Shown here one piece after another: positions 11,904-21,659 of a stretch of 64,000 bases of DNA. Position numbers and translations under genes: made by a program. The stretch's first letter is position 1. Each line of letters starts with the position of its first letter. This DNA comes from Alphaproteobacteria bacterium (GTDB taxonomy: Bacteria > Pseudomonadota > Alphaproteobacteria > UBA828), in the NCBI GenBank assembly GCA_965220745.1, contig CBDCQT010000011.1:320001-384000 (forward strand), in the 5' to 3' direction. A model generated the notes under the pieces. It saw only the letters and a list, made by a program, of their open reading frames with translations, was not told where the DNA came from and did not search any database.

Positions 11904-13022
11904 TCATGGCGCCCCGCCGCCATCAGAAGGGGGCCGCCTGAACTGCTTGGCGAGCGCGAGCCCCTGGCGCTGGTAGGAGGAGCCGATGCCGTGCCCGTAG
12001 AGCTCGGCGGGGCGCTCGGTCAGCGGCTCGAAGAGCAGGCGGCCGATGGTCTGGCCGTCCTCGATCACGAACGGCACGTCGTGGGAGCGCACCTCCAGCA
12101 CCGCGCGCGTGCCGCCACCGCCGGCCTCGTCATGACCGAAGCCCGGATCGAAGAAGCCCGCGTAGTGCGCGCGGAACTCGCCGACCAGCGTGTCGTAGGC
12201 CACCATCTCGGCGGCGTGATCCGGCGGGATGCGCACGGATTCCTTCGAGGCCAGGATGTAGAAATCGTCCGGGTTCAAGATCACGCCGCCGCCGGATGGC
12301 CGCGCGATCGGCTCCCAGAAGTCGTCGGGCTCGTAGCGGCCGACCACGTCGATATCGATCAGGTCAGCGTGGCGCTTCGCCTTCCAGCCGACGAGGCCGC
12401 CGCCGTCGCCCGCAAGATCGACGGAGAGCGGCAAGCCGCCGGAGAAGCCCCCGCGCGCGACCTCGCCTTCGACCAGCCGCCGCTCGGCATGCAGGCGCTC
12501 CAGCGCGCCTTCGGAGTAGGCGGGATCGCCCCGCTTGAAGCGGATCTGGTTGAGCCGGCTGCCGGCGCGCACCACGATGCTGAAGGTGCGGGGCGAGACC
12601 TCGGCGTAGAGCGGCCCCCGGTAGCCGGCCTGCACCCGGTCGAACTCGTGCGCCTCGTCGGCGATGAGCCGGGTGAAGATGTCGAGCCGGCCGGTGGAGC
12701 TCTTGGGGTTGGCGTGGGCGGCGACGTCGGGCGCGAGCGCGAGGCGTTCCATCAGGGGGACGATGTAGACGCAGCCCCGCTCCAGCACGGCGCCGGGCGT
12801 GAGGTCGATCTCGTGCATGCCGAGGCGCGCGATCTTCGCGCTCACGCTCTCGCGGCCCGGCAGGAAGCTCGCGCGCACGCGGTATGCCTTGGGCCCGAGC
12901 CGGAGATCGAGGCTCGCTGGCTGGATCTGCACCGCGCCGATGGGCTGGTCCGCCGAGACGCCACCCTGCTCGATCAATGTCGCGATGGCGGTGCTCGACA
13001 GGACCCCGGCTCGCTCGCTCAT
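11904..13022 (-). CDS. dcd: 2'-deoxycytidine 5'-triphosphate deaminase (long alphaproteobacterial type)
   Basis: QIQPASLDLRLG, ANPKSSTGRLD, HYAGFFDPGFG, VLEVRSHDVPF. Confidence 0.92.
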   Translation of the reverse strand: MSERAGVLSSTAIATLIEQGGVSADQPIGAVQIQPASLDLRLGPKAYRVRASFLPGRESVSAKIARLGMHEIDLTPGAVLERGCVYIVPLMERLALAPDVAAHANPKSSTGRLDIFTRLIADEAHEFDRVQAGYRGPLYAEVSPRTFSIVVRAGSRLNQIRFKRGDPAYSEGALERLHAERRLVEGEVARGGFSGGLPLSVDLAGDGGGLVGWKAKRHADLIDIDVVGRYEPDDFWEPIARPSGGGVILNPDDFYILASKESVRIPPDHAAEMVAYDTLVGEFRAHYAGFFDPGFGHDEAGGGGTRAVLEVRSHDVPFVIEDGQTIGRLLFEPLTERPAELYGHGIGSSYQRQGLALAKQFRRPPSDGGGAP

Positions 13023-13040
13023 AGTTCGCTCCCCGCCGGC

Positions 13041-13484
13041 TCAGAACGGCCTGACGATGACCATGATGACAATAGCGATCATGGCGAGCGTCGGCACCTC
13101 GTTCACCCGGCGGTAGAAGCGCGCGCTGCGGCGGTTGCGGTCGGCGGCGAAGTCACGGCGCCAGCGGGCGAGCAGCCCGTGGAAGGCCGCGAGCAGCAGC
13201 ACTAGGGCGAGCTTGACGTGGATCCAGATATCGCCGGACCAGTCCACCACGCCGGGCTGGGCCAGCAGGGCACCGCCGAAGCCGAACGTCGCCACCATGG
13301 CCGGATTGACGATGATCCGGAGCAGGCGACGCTCCATGACCTTCAAGGTTTCCGAGAGCTCAGAGCCCGGCTCGGCGTCGGCGTGATAAACATAGAGGCG
13401 GGGCAGATAGAGCATCCCCGCCATCCAGGCGATCACCGCGATCACGTGGAGCGCCCTGAGCCAGGTGTAGAGATCGTCCGCCAT
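13041..13484 (-). CDS. hemJ: Protoporphyrinogen oxidase HemJ
   Basis: ALHVIAVIAWMAGMLYLPRLYVYH, ERRLLRII, NEVPT. Confidence 0.96.
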   Translation of the reverse strand: MADDLYTWLRALHVIAVIAWMAGMLYLPRLYVYHADAEPGSELSETLKVMERRLLRIIVNPAMVATFGFGGALLAQPGVVDWSGDIWIHVKLALVLLLAAFHGLLARWRRDFAADRNRRSARFYRRVNEVPTLAMIAIVIMVIVRPF

Positions 13485-14515
13485 CAGCGCGCCGCCAGGG
13501 GGCAGCCGCGGTGGGCCGCGGGGCAGATGCGTCCGCCTTCACCGGAGTCCAAGCCACTGCCTTCCAAAGCGCCGCGCACGAGGGCCGCGAGCGCTTTGAT
13601 GAAGGCCGGCTGCGTGCCGAGGGCCGGCACCCGGTGGTAGGCGGGGACGCCCGCTCGCACGGCGTACTGGCGGTAGGTGACGTCGAGCTCGACAAGGGTC
13701 TCGCTGTGCTCGGAGACGAAGGCGATGGGCACGACAACCACGGGCACGCGGTCTCGGCCCGCGCGGTCGAGCTCGTCGACGGTGGACGGCTCCAGCCAGG
13801 CGAGTGGTCCGACCTTGCTCTGGTAGCAGACTGTCCAATCCAGGTCGTCTCGGCCGAGGCGGGCGACGATGTGCCGCGCGGTCTCTTCCACCTGCCACTG
13901 GTAGGGATCGCCGCGCGCGACCACGCGCCTGGGCAGGCCGTGGGCCGAGAAGAGCACGCGCGGCTTGTCAGCCTCGGTCGCCGCCGCCAGCAAGGGCTCG
14001 ATCAACGCCGCATGGGCCGCGATCAGCCCGTTCTCTCGCGGATAGCAGCAGACGGCTCGCGTCGGCGCGGCGATGCCGGCAGCCCTAGCCGCCGAGTGCC
14101 AGGCCGCGAGCGACGAGGCCACGGTCGTGGTCGAGAACTGCGGATAGAGCGGCAGCAGCACGATCCGATCCGGCCGGAAGGCGGCAACCTGTTGCGCCGC
14201 CGCCTCGCTCATCGGGTGCCAGTAGCGCATCGCAACAACCACCTCGACCACACCGAGATCACCGAGAGCAGCCTGCAACGCCGCCGCTTGCTCTTCGGTC
14301 TCTTCAAGCAGCGGCGAACGCCCGCCGATCGTGCGGTAGATTTCGCGGGCTTTGGGACCGCGGCGTTTGGCGATCAGACGCGCGAGAAACCGACGCACCG
14401 GGGCGGGTGCGCCGATGATCGCAGGGTCTCGGAACAGATTGCGCAGAAAGGGCTCGACGGCATCCAGAGAATCCGGCCCGCCCAAGTTCATGAGGACGAC
14501 GGCGGTGCGGCTCAT
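13484..14515 (-). CDS. hemH: Ferrochelatase
   Basis: LMNLGGP, LPLYPQFS, FSAHGLP, YQSKVGP, FVSEHSETLVELD. Confidence 0.97.
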   Translation of the reverse strand: MSRTAVVLMNLGGPDSLDAVEPFLRNLFRDPAIIGAPAPVRRFLARLIAKRRGPKAREIYRTIGGRSPLLEETEEQAAALQAALGDLGVVEVVVAMRYWHPMSEAAAQQVAAFRPDRIVLLPLYPQFSTTTVASSLAAWHSAARAAGIAAPTRAVCCYPRENGLIAAHAALIEPLLAAATEADKPRVLFSAHGLPRRVVARGDPYQWQVEETARHIVARLGRDDLDWTVCYQSKVGPLAWLEPSTVDELDRAGRDRVPVVVVPIAFVSEHSETLVELDVTYRQYAVRAGVPAYHRVPALGTQPAFIKALAALVRGALEGSGLDSGEGGRICPAAHRGCPLAAR

Positions 14516-15570
14516 CGGCCGTCCCCGCCGGGCCAGGCGTGCACGAGATCGCAGAGTTGGGCCACGTGCTCCGGCGGAGTCTGGGGCAGCACGCCCTCGC
14601 CTAAATTGAACACGAAGGGTCCATGACCGAGCGCATCCAGAATGCGGCTGGCCGCTTTCCGCAGCGCGTCGCCGCCGGCCAGCAGCGCCACCGGATCGAG
14701 GTTTCCCTGCATCGTGCAATGGGGCTGCAGCCGTGCCGCCGCCCAGGCCGGAGGCACGGTGCTATCGATGGAGATTGCGTCCACGCCGGTTTCTGTCGCG
14801 AAACGCTCGCAGGCGATGCCAGCACCACGCGGGTAGCCGATGATCGGCGCGGCCGGATGCACGGCTTTCACGTCCGCCACGATCGCCTTCAGAGGATCGA
14901 TGTTCCAGCGGGTGAGCTCGCTCTCCGGCAGCGCCCCAGCCCAGCTATCGAAGACCTGCACCGCGTCGGCGCCGGCGTCGATCTGGGCAATGAGATGAGC
15001 CGACACTGCCTGGCGCAGGGTCTCGATCAACTGCCCGAAGCTCTCGGGATCGCGATAGGCCCATCCCTTGACCGTGGCAAAGTCCCGGCTCCGCCCGCCA
15101 CCAACCATGTAGGTCGCGAGCGTCCACGGCGCCCCGGCAAAACCCAGCACCGTCGCCCCAGCCGGCGCCGCAGCCACGACCCGCTCCATCACCTCGTAGA
15201 CAGGCGCAAGATGCCGCCTTTGGCGTTCCACATCGAATTCGGGCAGGGACCCACCCTCCGGAATCGCTTTGAGCCTGGGTCCCTCACCCTCCTTGAACCA
15301 GAGCTTGACGCCGAGCGCCTCGGCAACCACCAGGATGTCCGAGAACAGGATAATCCCGTCGAGGGGGAAACGACGCACGGGCTGAAGAGTCGCCTCCGCC
15401 GCCAAAACCGGGTCGTAGCAGAGATCGAGGAAGGACCCCGCCTTCGTCCGCAACGCTCGGTACTCGGGGAGGTAGCGCCCCGCCTGGCGCATCAGCCAGA
15501 GCGGCGGCGGATGCTGTGCCTTCCCTCGAAGCGCCGCGAGAAGCGGCTTGATATCTGCGTCCACGGTCAC
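14512..15570 (-). CDS. hemE: Uroporphyrinogen decarboxylase
   Basis: PLWLMRQAGRYLPEY, ILFSDIL, GFAGAPWTLATY, QGNLDP. Confidence 0.97.
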   Translation of the reverse strand: MTVDADIKPLLAALRGKAQHPPPLWLMRQAGRYLPEYRALRTKAGSFLDLCYDPVLAAEATLQPVRRFPLDGIILFSDILVVAEALGVKLWFKEGEGPRLKAIPEGGSLPEFDVERQRRHLAPVYEVMERVVAAAPAGATVLGFAGAPWTLATYMVGGGRSRDFATVKGWAYRDPESFGQLIETLRQAVSAHLIAQIDAGADAVQVFDSWAGALPESELTRWNIDPLKAIVADVKAVHPAAPIIGYPRGAGIACERFATETGVDAISIDSTVPPAWAAARLQPHCTMQGNLDPVALLAGGDALRKAASRILDALGHGPFVFNLGEGVLPQTPPEHVAQLCDLVHAWPGGDGR

Positions 15571-15983
15571 GAGTCGGTTCTTGTCCCCGGCTTCGTCAGA
15601 CTATCTTCATTAAATGAGTCTTAGTAAGGGTGGATGATGATGTTGGTGCGGATGAGGGGATTGTGGCGTTCATCCCATGGGTCGGGTGAATGATCACATG
15701 GGTCGTGCCACAGACGGACTCAACGTGAAGAAGCGATGAATGACCAACGCGGCGGCGTGTTTCAACGGTTGTGGGGAAACTAGGATAGTGTGGAAGGGCA
15801 CCTGGCAGCACCGGTCATGAGAGTGTTATCCCCGTTTTGACGGTTTTGTGACAGGGATGGTCGGATAAGCTGAGGATAGATTGGGGGTTGTCTGGCTGGG
15901 TGCCGTTGCCCACGGATTCCCCACATGAAGGCGCTGAGAAGTCGTGCCGGTGCGGGCGCAGCGCGGAGGGTCGTAGCGGGTTC
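15571..15983. other. Probable chromosomal replication origin (oriC)
   Basis: Divergent hemE / PPDK-regulator intergenic region, a typical alphaproteobacterial origin location. Degenerate DnaA boxes at 15629, 15647, 15770, 15826, 15860, 15917; four GANTC sites (15571, 15616, 15717, 15915); lower GC; parS/parAB nearby. Confidence 0.8.
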
Positions 15984-16799
15984 ATGCGAAGGTTTCATCT
16001 GCATCTGGTCTCGGACGCTACCGGCGAGACCTGCATCACCATAGCGCGCGCGGCGGCAGCGCAATTCCAGGGCGTGGATGCGGTTGAGCACCTGTGGTCG
16101 CTGGTGCGCACCGAGAGTCAGCTGCGGCAAGTTCTCGCCCACGTCGAGGCGGAGCCCGGCGTGGTGATGTTCACCCTCGTCGACCCGCAGCTTCAAGCCC
16201 TTCTGCACGAGGAGTGCCGGCGTATCGAAGTTCCGTGCATCCCACTGCTCGACACGGCGATCACGGCGTTGAGCGGCTTCCTCGGCATCGAGAGCCGTAA
16301 TCAGCCGGGCAGCCAACACGTCATGGACGAAGCCTATCTCAAGCGCATCGAGGCGATGAACTACGCGCTCGCCCACGACGACGGGCACTCGCCGACATCG
16401 CTGCGGGAGGCTGATATCGTGCTTGTCGGCGTATCGCGGACCTCGAAGACCCCCACCTGCTTCTACCTCGCCAATCGCGGTCTCAAGGCGGCCAACGTGC
16501 CGGTGGTGCCGGGTAGTCCGTTGCCGCCGGAGCTTGCAGCACCGCAGGGTGCGCTGGTGGTTGGCCTCACCTGTCACCCAGAGCAGCTGATCGATATCCG
16601 GCGAAGCCGCATGCGCATGATCGGCGATATCGGCGAGACCGCTTACGTAGACCCCCTTCAGGTCGAAGAGGAGGTGCGGCAGGCGCGGCGCCTGTACGCA
16701 GAGGCGGGATGGCCGGTGATCGACGTGACCCACCGCTCGATCGAAGAGACAGCCGCCGCGATTCTTCAGCTATACGACCGCCGCGCCCTCTCCCCCTGA
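15984..16799 (+). CDS. Pyruvate phosphate/water dikinase regulatory protein (DUF299 kinase/pyrophosphorylase)
   Basis: HLHLVSDATGET, HDDG, GVSRTSKTP, SIEETAA. Confidence 0.94.
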   Translation: MRRFHLHLVSDATGETCITIARAAAAQFQGVDAVEHLWSLVRTESQLRQVLAHVEAEPGVVMFTLVDPQLQALLHEECRRIEVPCIPLLDTAITALSGFLGIESRNQPGSQHVMDEAYLKRIEAMNYALAHDDGHSPTSLREADIVLVGVSRTSKTPTCFYLANRGLKAANVPVVPGSPLPPELAAPQGALVVGLTCHPEQLIDIRRSRMRMIGDIGETAYVDPLQVEEEVRQARRLYAEAGWPVIDVTHRSIEETAAAILQLYDRRALSP

Positions 16800-16871
16800 G
16801 CGGTTGGCGCGGCGCGGGAAGCGTATATTCTGCGGCGCAGTAAGAGCGAGCCGGGACAGGAAAGCGGACCC

Positions 16872-17513
16872 ATGGCAATGGCTGAGGCGGACCCAGCCTT
16901 GCACGGAGAGGCCGGCGAACGGAATGTGGTGCTCGCCTCTCAGGCGGCGGTGCGAGCGGCAATGCTGCGGGCTGCGGGCCTCACATTCACCGTGCAGCCG
17001 GCGCGGGTGGACGAAGGCGCGGTCAAGGAGGCCATGCGAGCCGAAGACCCCGAGGGCCACGGGACCGCACGGGCGCTCGCCGCCCTCAAGGCTCGGCGAG
17101 TGAGCGCCGGCGCTCCGGGCGCCTTCGTCATCGGCGCGGATCAGCTCCTGGTCTGCGGCGACGAGTGGTTCGACAAGCCGGTGGATGTGGCCGATGCCAG
17201 GGGGCAGCTTCAGCGGTTGCGCGGCCGGCGCCACACGCTGGTGACCGCGGTCTCCGTGGTCCGCGACGGGGCCGAGATCTGGGGCGACCTGGCGTGCCCG
17301 GCGTTGACGATGCGCCCTTTCTCCGACGCCTTTCTGGAGCGCTATCTGGAGCGCGCGGGCGACGGAATCCTTGCTTGCGTCGGGGGCTACGAGGCCGAGG
17401 GTCTGGGCGCGCAGTTGCTCGCGGAGATCGAGGGGGACTGGTTCGCGGTGCTGGGCCTGCCGCTGCTGCCACTGTTGGCGTTCCTCCGCGAGCACGGGCT
17501 GGTGGAGACATGA
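16872..17513 (+). CDS. maf: Maf family nucleoside triphosphate pyrophosphatase
   Basis: VVLAS, VDE, IGADQ, DKP, GLPLLPLL. Confidence 0.92.
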   Translation: MAMAEADPALHGEAGERNVVLASQAAVRAAMLRAAGLTFTVQPARVDEGAVKEAMRAEDPEGHGTARALAALKARRVSAGAPGAFVIGADQLLVCGDEWFDKPVDVADARGQLQRLRGRRHTLVTAVSVVRDGAEIWGDLACPALTMRPFSDAFLERYLERAGDGILACVGGYEAEGLGAQLLAEIEGDWFAVLGLPLLPLLAFLREHGLVET

Positions 17514-18349
17514 TTCTCTCCGGCGCGGCGCGGCTGGCCGGGGTCATGGGCTGGCCGGTGGCGCATTCGCGCTCGCCGCGTATCCACGGCTACTGGCTCG
17601 AGGAGAAGGAGATCGACGGCGCTTACCTGCCACTCGCGGTCCGGCCCGAGAGGCTCGACGCCGCGCTCGATGCGCTTGCTGCTCTGGGTTTTCGCGGGTG
17701 CAACCTGACCGCCCCGCACAAGGAGGCCGCGCTCAAGCGCATGGATACGCTGTCGGAGACCGCGCGCCGGATCGGCGCGGTTAACACCGTGACGGTCGGG
17801 GACGATGGGGCGCTGCACGGCGACAACACCGACGGCTATGGCTTTATCAGCCACCTGCGCCAGGAAGCGCCGGGCTGGGAGGCTGGGGCGCCGGTGGCGG
17901 TGCTGGGCGCCGGCGGCGCTGCGCGGGCGGTGTTGGATGCTCTCTCTGCCGCGGGCGTTTCCGAAATCCGCCTGCTCAACCGTACGCGCGCGCGCGCGGC
18001 GGCGCTCGCGGAGGAGGCGGGCGAGACGGTGCGTCCCCTGCCGTGGGACCAGCGGACCCACGCGTTGGCGGACTGCGGCTTGCTGGTCAACACCGCGCAG
18101 CTTGGTCAGGCGGGCAAGCCTGCGCTCGATCTCGCTCTCGACCGGCTGCCGGCCGATGCGGTGGTCTACGACTTGGTCTATGCGCCGTTGGAGACGGACC
18201 TGCTCGAGGCGGCGCGTGCGCGCGGGCATGTGGCGGTGGATGGACTCGGCATGTTGATCCACCAAGCCCGGCCCGGCTTCGCCGCCTGGTTCGGGGCCGA
18301 GGTCGAGGCGACGGCGGCACTCCGCAGCTTTGCCGCCGAAGGGCTGTGA
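17510..18349 (+). CDS. aroE: Shikimate dehydrogenase
   Basis: GWPVAHSRSP, NLTAPHKE, GAVNT, NTDGYG, GAGGAARA, DGLGMLIHQA. Confidence 0.96.
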   Translation: MILSGAARLAGVMGWPVAHSRSPRIHGYWLEEKEIDGAYLPLAVRPERLDAALDALAALGFRGCNLTAPHKEAALKRMDTLSETARRIGAVNTVTVGDDGALHGDNTDGYGFISHLRQEAPGWEAGAPVAVLGAGGAARAVLDALSAAGVSEIRLLNRTRARAAALAEEAGETVRPLPWDQRTHALADCGLLVNTAQLGQAGKPALDLALDRLPADAVVYDLVYAPLETDLLEAARARGHVAVDGLGMLIHQARPGFAAWFGAEVEATAALRSFAAEGL

Positions 18350-18361
18350 CGGGGGTCGGCC

Positions 18362-19030
18362 GTGGTCATCCTCGGCCTCACCGGCTCCATTGGCATGGGC
18401 AAGACCACCGTTGCGAACGCCCTGCGCGCCTCCGGCGCCACCGTCTTCGACGCCGATGCGGCGGTCCACCGTCTGCTGGCGCCGGGCGGGGCCGCCGTGG
18501 CGCCGGTGCTCGCGCGCTTTCCCGATGCCGGGATGGGCGAGGGTGCCGCGCGTGCGGTCGACCGGGGAGCGCTCGGCGCGACGGTCTTCGCGGACCCCAA
18601 AGCCCTGGCGGAACTCGAGGCGATGCTGCACCCCCTGGTCCGTGCGGGCGAGCGGCGCTTTCTCTCGGCCAGCCAGCGCCGCGGCTGTGGCCTCGCGGTG
18701 CTCGACGTGCCGCTGCTGTTCGAGACCGGCGGCGAAGCCCGTTGCGACGCAACACTGGTGGTCTCGGCGCCGGCTTTCGTACAGCGCGCGCGGGTGCTGG
18801 GTCGGGCCCGGATGACCGAGGAGCGGCTGGCCGCTATCCTCGCTCGTCAGATGCCGGACTGGGAGAAGCGCCGGCGCGCGGATTTCGTGATCCGCACGGG
18901 GCTCGACAGACGGGTCTCGCGGTTCGCCGCGCGGCGCATCGCGGCCCGCCTCTCCACCGAGCGTGGCACCCGCTGGCCGCGCTGCTGGGCCGGCGCGCTG
19001 GTGCGGGCTGGAGGACGTGACCATGCGTGA
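18362..19030 (+). CDS. coaE: Dephospho-CoA kinase
   Basis: GLTGSIGMGKTT, FDAD, DVPLLFE. Confidence 0.96.
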   Translation: MVILGLTGSIGMGKTTVANALRASGATVFDADAAVHRLLAPGGAAVAPVLARFPDAGMGEGAARAVDRGALGATVFADPKALAELEAMLHPLVRAGERRFLSASQRRGCGLAVLDVPLLFETGGEARCDATLVVSAPAFVQRARVLGRARMTEERLAAILARQMPDWEKRRRADFVIRTGLDRRVSRFAARRIAARLSTERGTRWPRCWAGALVRAGGRDHA

Positions 19031-19700
19031 GGTCGTGCTCGACACCGAGACCACCGGCATCGATCCGGCGGCAGGCCACAGGATCGTCGAGGTCGGTGCG
19101 ATCGAGCTAGTCAACCACATCCCCTCCGGCCGGCGCTTCCAGCGTTATCTCGACCCCGAGCGCGACATGCCGGAGGACGCCGAACGCGTGCACGGGCTCA
19201 CCCGCGCCTTCCTCGCCAAGCACCGGCGCTTCGCCGACGAAGTTGAGCCGCTGCTCGCCTTCATCGGCGATGCCAAGCTCGTCATGCACAACGCGCCCTT
19301 CGATCTCGGCTTCCTCAATGCCGAGCTGGAGCGCATCCGCAGGGCCCCGATCCCGGCGGAGCGGACGGTGGATACGCTCTCCATCGCGCGGCGCAAATAT
19401 CCTGGCGCGCCGGCAAGCCTCGATGCGCTTTGCAAGCGCTTCGGGATCGATCGCTCCATGCGGGAGAAGCACGGCGCGCTGCTGGATGCCGAGCTGCTCA
19501 CCGAGGTCTATCTGGAGCTCACTGGCGGCCGTCAGCCTGGGCTCGAGCTGCAGCGGGCGGCGCCGGTGCGGGACGCAGCGCCCGCGCCCCGTGCCGACCG
19601 TGCGCCGCGTGCGCCGCGGCCGCACGAACCCACTGCGGAAGAGGCGGCGGCCCACGCTGCCTTCGTCGCCACGCTCAAAGACCCGATCTGGAACGATTGA
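19023..19700 (+). CDS. dnaQ: DNA polymerase III epsilon subunit
   Basis: VLDTETTG, HNAPFDLGF, HGALLDAELL (DEDDh exonuclease). Confidence 0.97.
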   Translation: MREVVLDTETTGIDPAAGHRIVEVGAIELVNHIPSGRRFQRYLDPERDMPEDAERVHGLTRAFLAKHRRFADEVEPLLAFIGDAKLVMHNAPFDLGFLNAELERIRRAPIPAERTVDTLSIARRKYPGAPASLDALCKRFGIDRSMREKHGALLDAELLTEVYLELTGGRQPGLELQRAAPVRDAAPAPRADRAPRAPRPHEPTAEEAAAHAAFVATLKDPIWND

Positions 19701-19793
19701 GGGGAGGGAGGCGGGCCGGGCGTGGCGCCGCCTCGACACCCTACCGGCGATGCGGCAGGATCGCGCGGCTGTTGCGAAGAGGGAGAGGCCGCC

Positions 19794-20528
19794 ATGACCT
19801 ACACAGTGCTTGCCAGCAATCCGGACACCGGCGAGATCGGAATCGCGTCCACGACAATCACGATCAACTTCAGCCGGACCTTCCCGGTGCACCGGCACCT
19901 CGTGCCCGACCTGACGGAGCGGGGAATCATCGTTGCCCCGATGGCGACCATCCATCCGCAGAACGGCCACCGGCTCTGCGATCTGCGGGATGCCGGAGTC
20001 GGCTGGGACGATATGGAAGCCGAGCTGGAGAAGCACGACGAACACTGGACCTGGCGGCAGATCGGCGCGGTGACGGCCAGCGGCGAGACCTGGGTCCGCA
20101 CCGGGTCTGACGCCTGGAACCACGCGAGCCATGTCGTGGCCGAGGGCTCGATCGCCATGGGCAACTACATGGATGGCCCCGGCCCGGTGCAGGCGATGGC
20201 CAAGGCGCTCGAGGACAACCGGGGCGAAGCCATGGACGAGCGGCTGCTGCGCGCCATAGAGGCTGGCAAGGCCGCCGGCGGGCAGGGTCAGCCGGATCTC
20301 GGCCCGGTGCCGGAATCCTGGGCGATGATCCAGGTGTTCAATGGCAAGCAGCCGTGGCCGGCGGTCGATGTGCGGGTGGACTTCGACGTAGACCCGGTGC
20401 CGAAGCTGCGGCGCCTGGTCACGCAGCTCAAGAACATGGACAAGGTGCTGCACACGATGTCGTTCGACCCGTCGCGGACGTTCGACGTCTACGGCGTGGT
20501 CTTCGACATGTACAACGCCCAAGTGTAG
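19794..20528 (+). CDS. DUF1028 family (Ntn-hydrolase-like) protein
   Basis: MTYTVLA..TGEIGIAS N-terminus, WRQIGAV, MGN, VDVRVD..DPV. Confidence 0.75.
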   Translation: MTYTVLASNPDTGEIGIASTTITINFSRTFPVHRHLVPDLTERGIIVAPMATIHPQNGHRLCDLRDAGVGWDDMEAELEKHDEHWTWRQIGAVTASGETWVRTGSDAWNHASHVVAEGSIAMGNYMDGPGPVQAMAKALEDNRGEAMDERLLRAIEAGKAAGGQGQPDLGPVPESWAMIQVFNGKQPWPAVDVRVDFDVDPVPKLRRLVTQLKNMDKVLHTMSFDPSRTFDVYGVVFDMYNAQV

Positions 20529-20564
20529 CTCGGTTCCCCGGCTTCCGGGGCGCAGGCGAGCCTG

Positions 20565-21416
20565 TCAACCGATCCGGGCCATCACCCCGCCGTCGACCGG
20601 GAGTGCGACGCCGGTGATGAAGCGGCCGGCGTCAGAGGCGAGGAAGAGCGAGGCCTGGGCCACGTCCCAGGCGCTGCCCATGCCGCCCCTGAGCGGGCTC
20701 CAGGTGTCGCGGTCGGCGGCGATCTCCTCGCGCGGCTTGCCGTAGCGGCGGGCCTGCGTGTCCACCGCCATGGGCGTGTCCATGTAGCCCGGCAGGATGG
20801 CGTTCACGCGCACACCGTCGGGCGCGCAGTCGAGCGCAAGCTGGCGGGAGAAGGCGATCATCCCTGCCTTGCTGGTCTTGTAGGTGACCGACTTGTAGTC
20901 GACCACGGCTGCAATCGACGAGATGTTGGTGATCACGCCGCTGCCCTGGCCGCGCATGACCGGGACCACGTGCTTGCAGGCCATCACCGTGCCGCGCAGG
21001 TTGATCGCCATCACCCGGTCGAAGCTCGCCTCGTCGAGGTCCGCGAGCGGCGAATCCCCGCCGGTGTAAGCGACGCCCACGTTGTTCTGCAGCACGTCGA
21101 TGCGCCCGTGCCGCTCGACGACCGAGCGGACGACAGCGAGCAGCGCCTGCTCATCGGTCACGTCGGCGACCATCGCCTCGGCGGCACCGCCTTCCGCCTG
21201 GATCATGGTGGCAGTTTCCTCGGCGGACTTCCGGTCGCGGTCGAGTGCGACCACGTGCGCGCCGGCGCGGGCGAAGAGCACGCAGGCGGCCCGGCCGTTG
21301 CCGATCACCGGCCCCGGCGTCTGGCCGGCGCCGGCCACGATCGCGACCCGGCCATCGAGGCTCAGTGAGGGGCTTTGCCAGGGCGCCGCGATGGCGGCGG
21401 AAGCCTCTTCGGTCAT
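20565..21416 (-). CDS. Short-chain dehydrogenase/reductase
   Basis: Glycine-rich AGAG...GNG, NNVG, YKTSK catalytic motif, PVDGG. Confidence 0.92.
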   Translation of the reverse strand: MTEEASAAIAAPWQSPSLSLDGRVAIVAGAGQTPGPVIGNGRAACVLFARAGAHVVALDRDRKSAEETATMIQAEGGAAEAMVADVTDEQALLAVVRSVVERHGRIDVLQNNVGVAYTGGDSPLADLDEASFDRVMAINLRGTVMACKHVVPVMRGQGSGVITNISSIAAVVDYKSVTYKTSKAGMIAFSRQLALDCAPDGVRVNAILPGYMDTPMAVDTQARRYGKPREEIAADRDTWSPLRGGMGSAWDVAQASLFLASDAGRFITGVALPVDGGVMARIG

Positions 21417-21659
21417 GGCGATGTCCTGGTGCATGGTGGGCGGGTGCCCGAAGGCTCCGCAGGCGCGCGCGGCTTGTCAAGGCGGGTGGTTGCAAAGATG
21501 GGGTTCTGGACGAAGTTGTGTCAGCGTAGAGTCAGTGCCAAGAAAGCTAGATTTTGGGGACATACGCCTATGAGCCACAGCATGTCGTAGACACGCGATA
21601 AACTCCTGTTCCTGACAGCGGACTGTTTGCCGCGAACGAATGCTTGCCCGGCACGCAAA

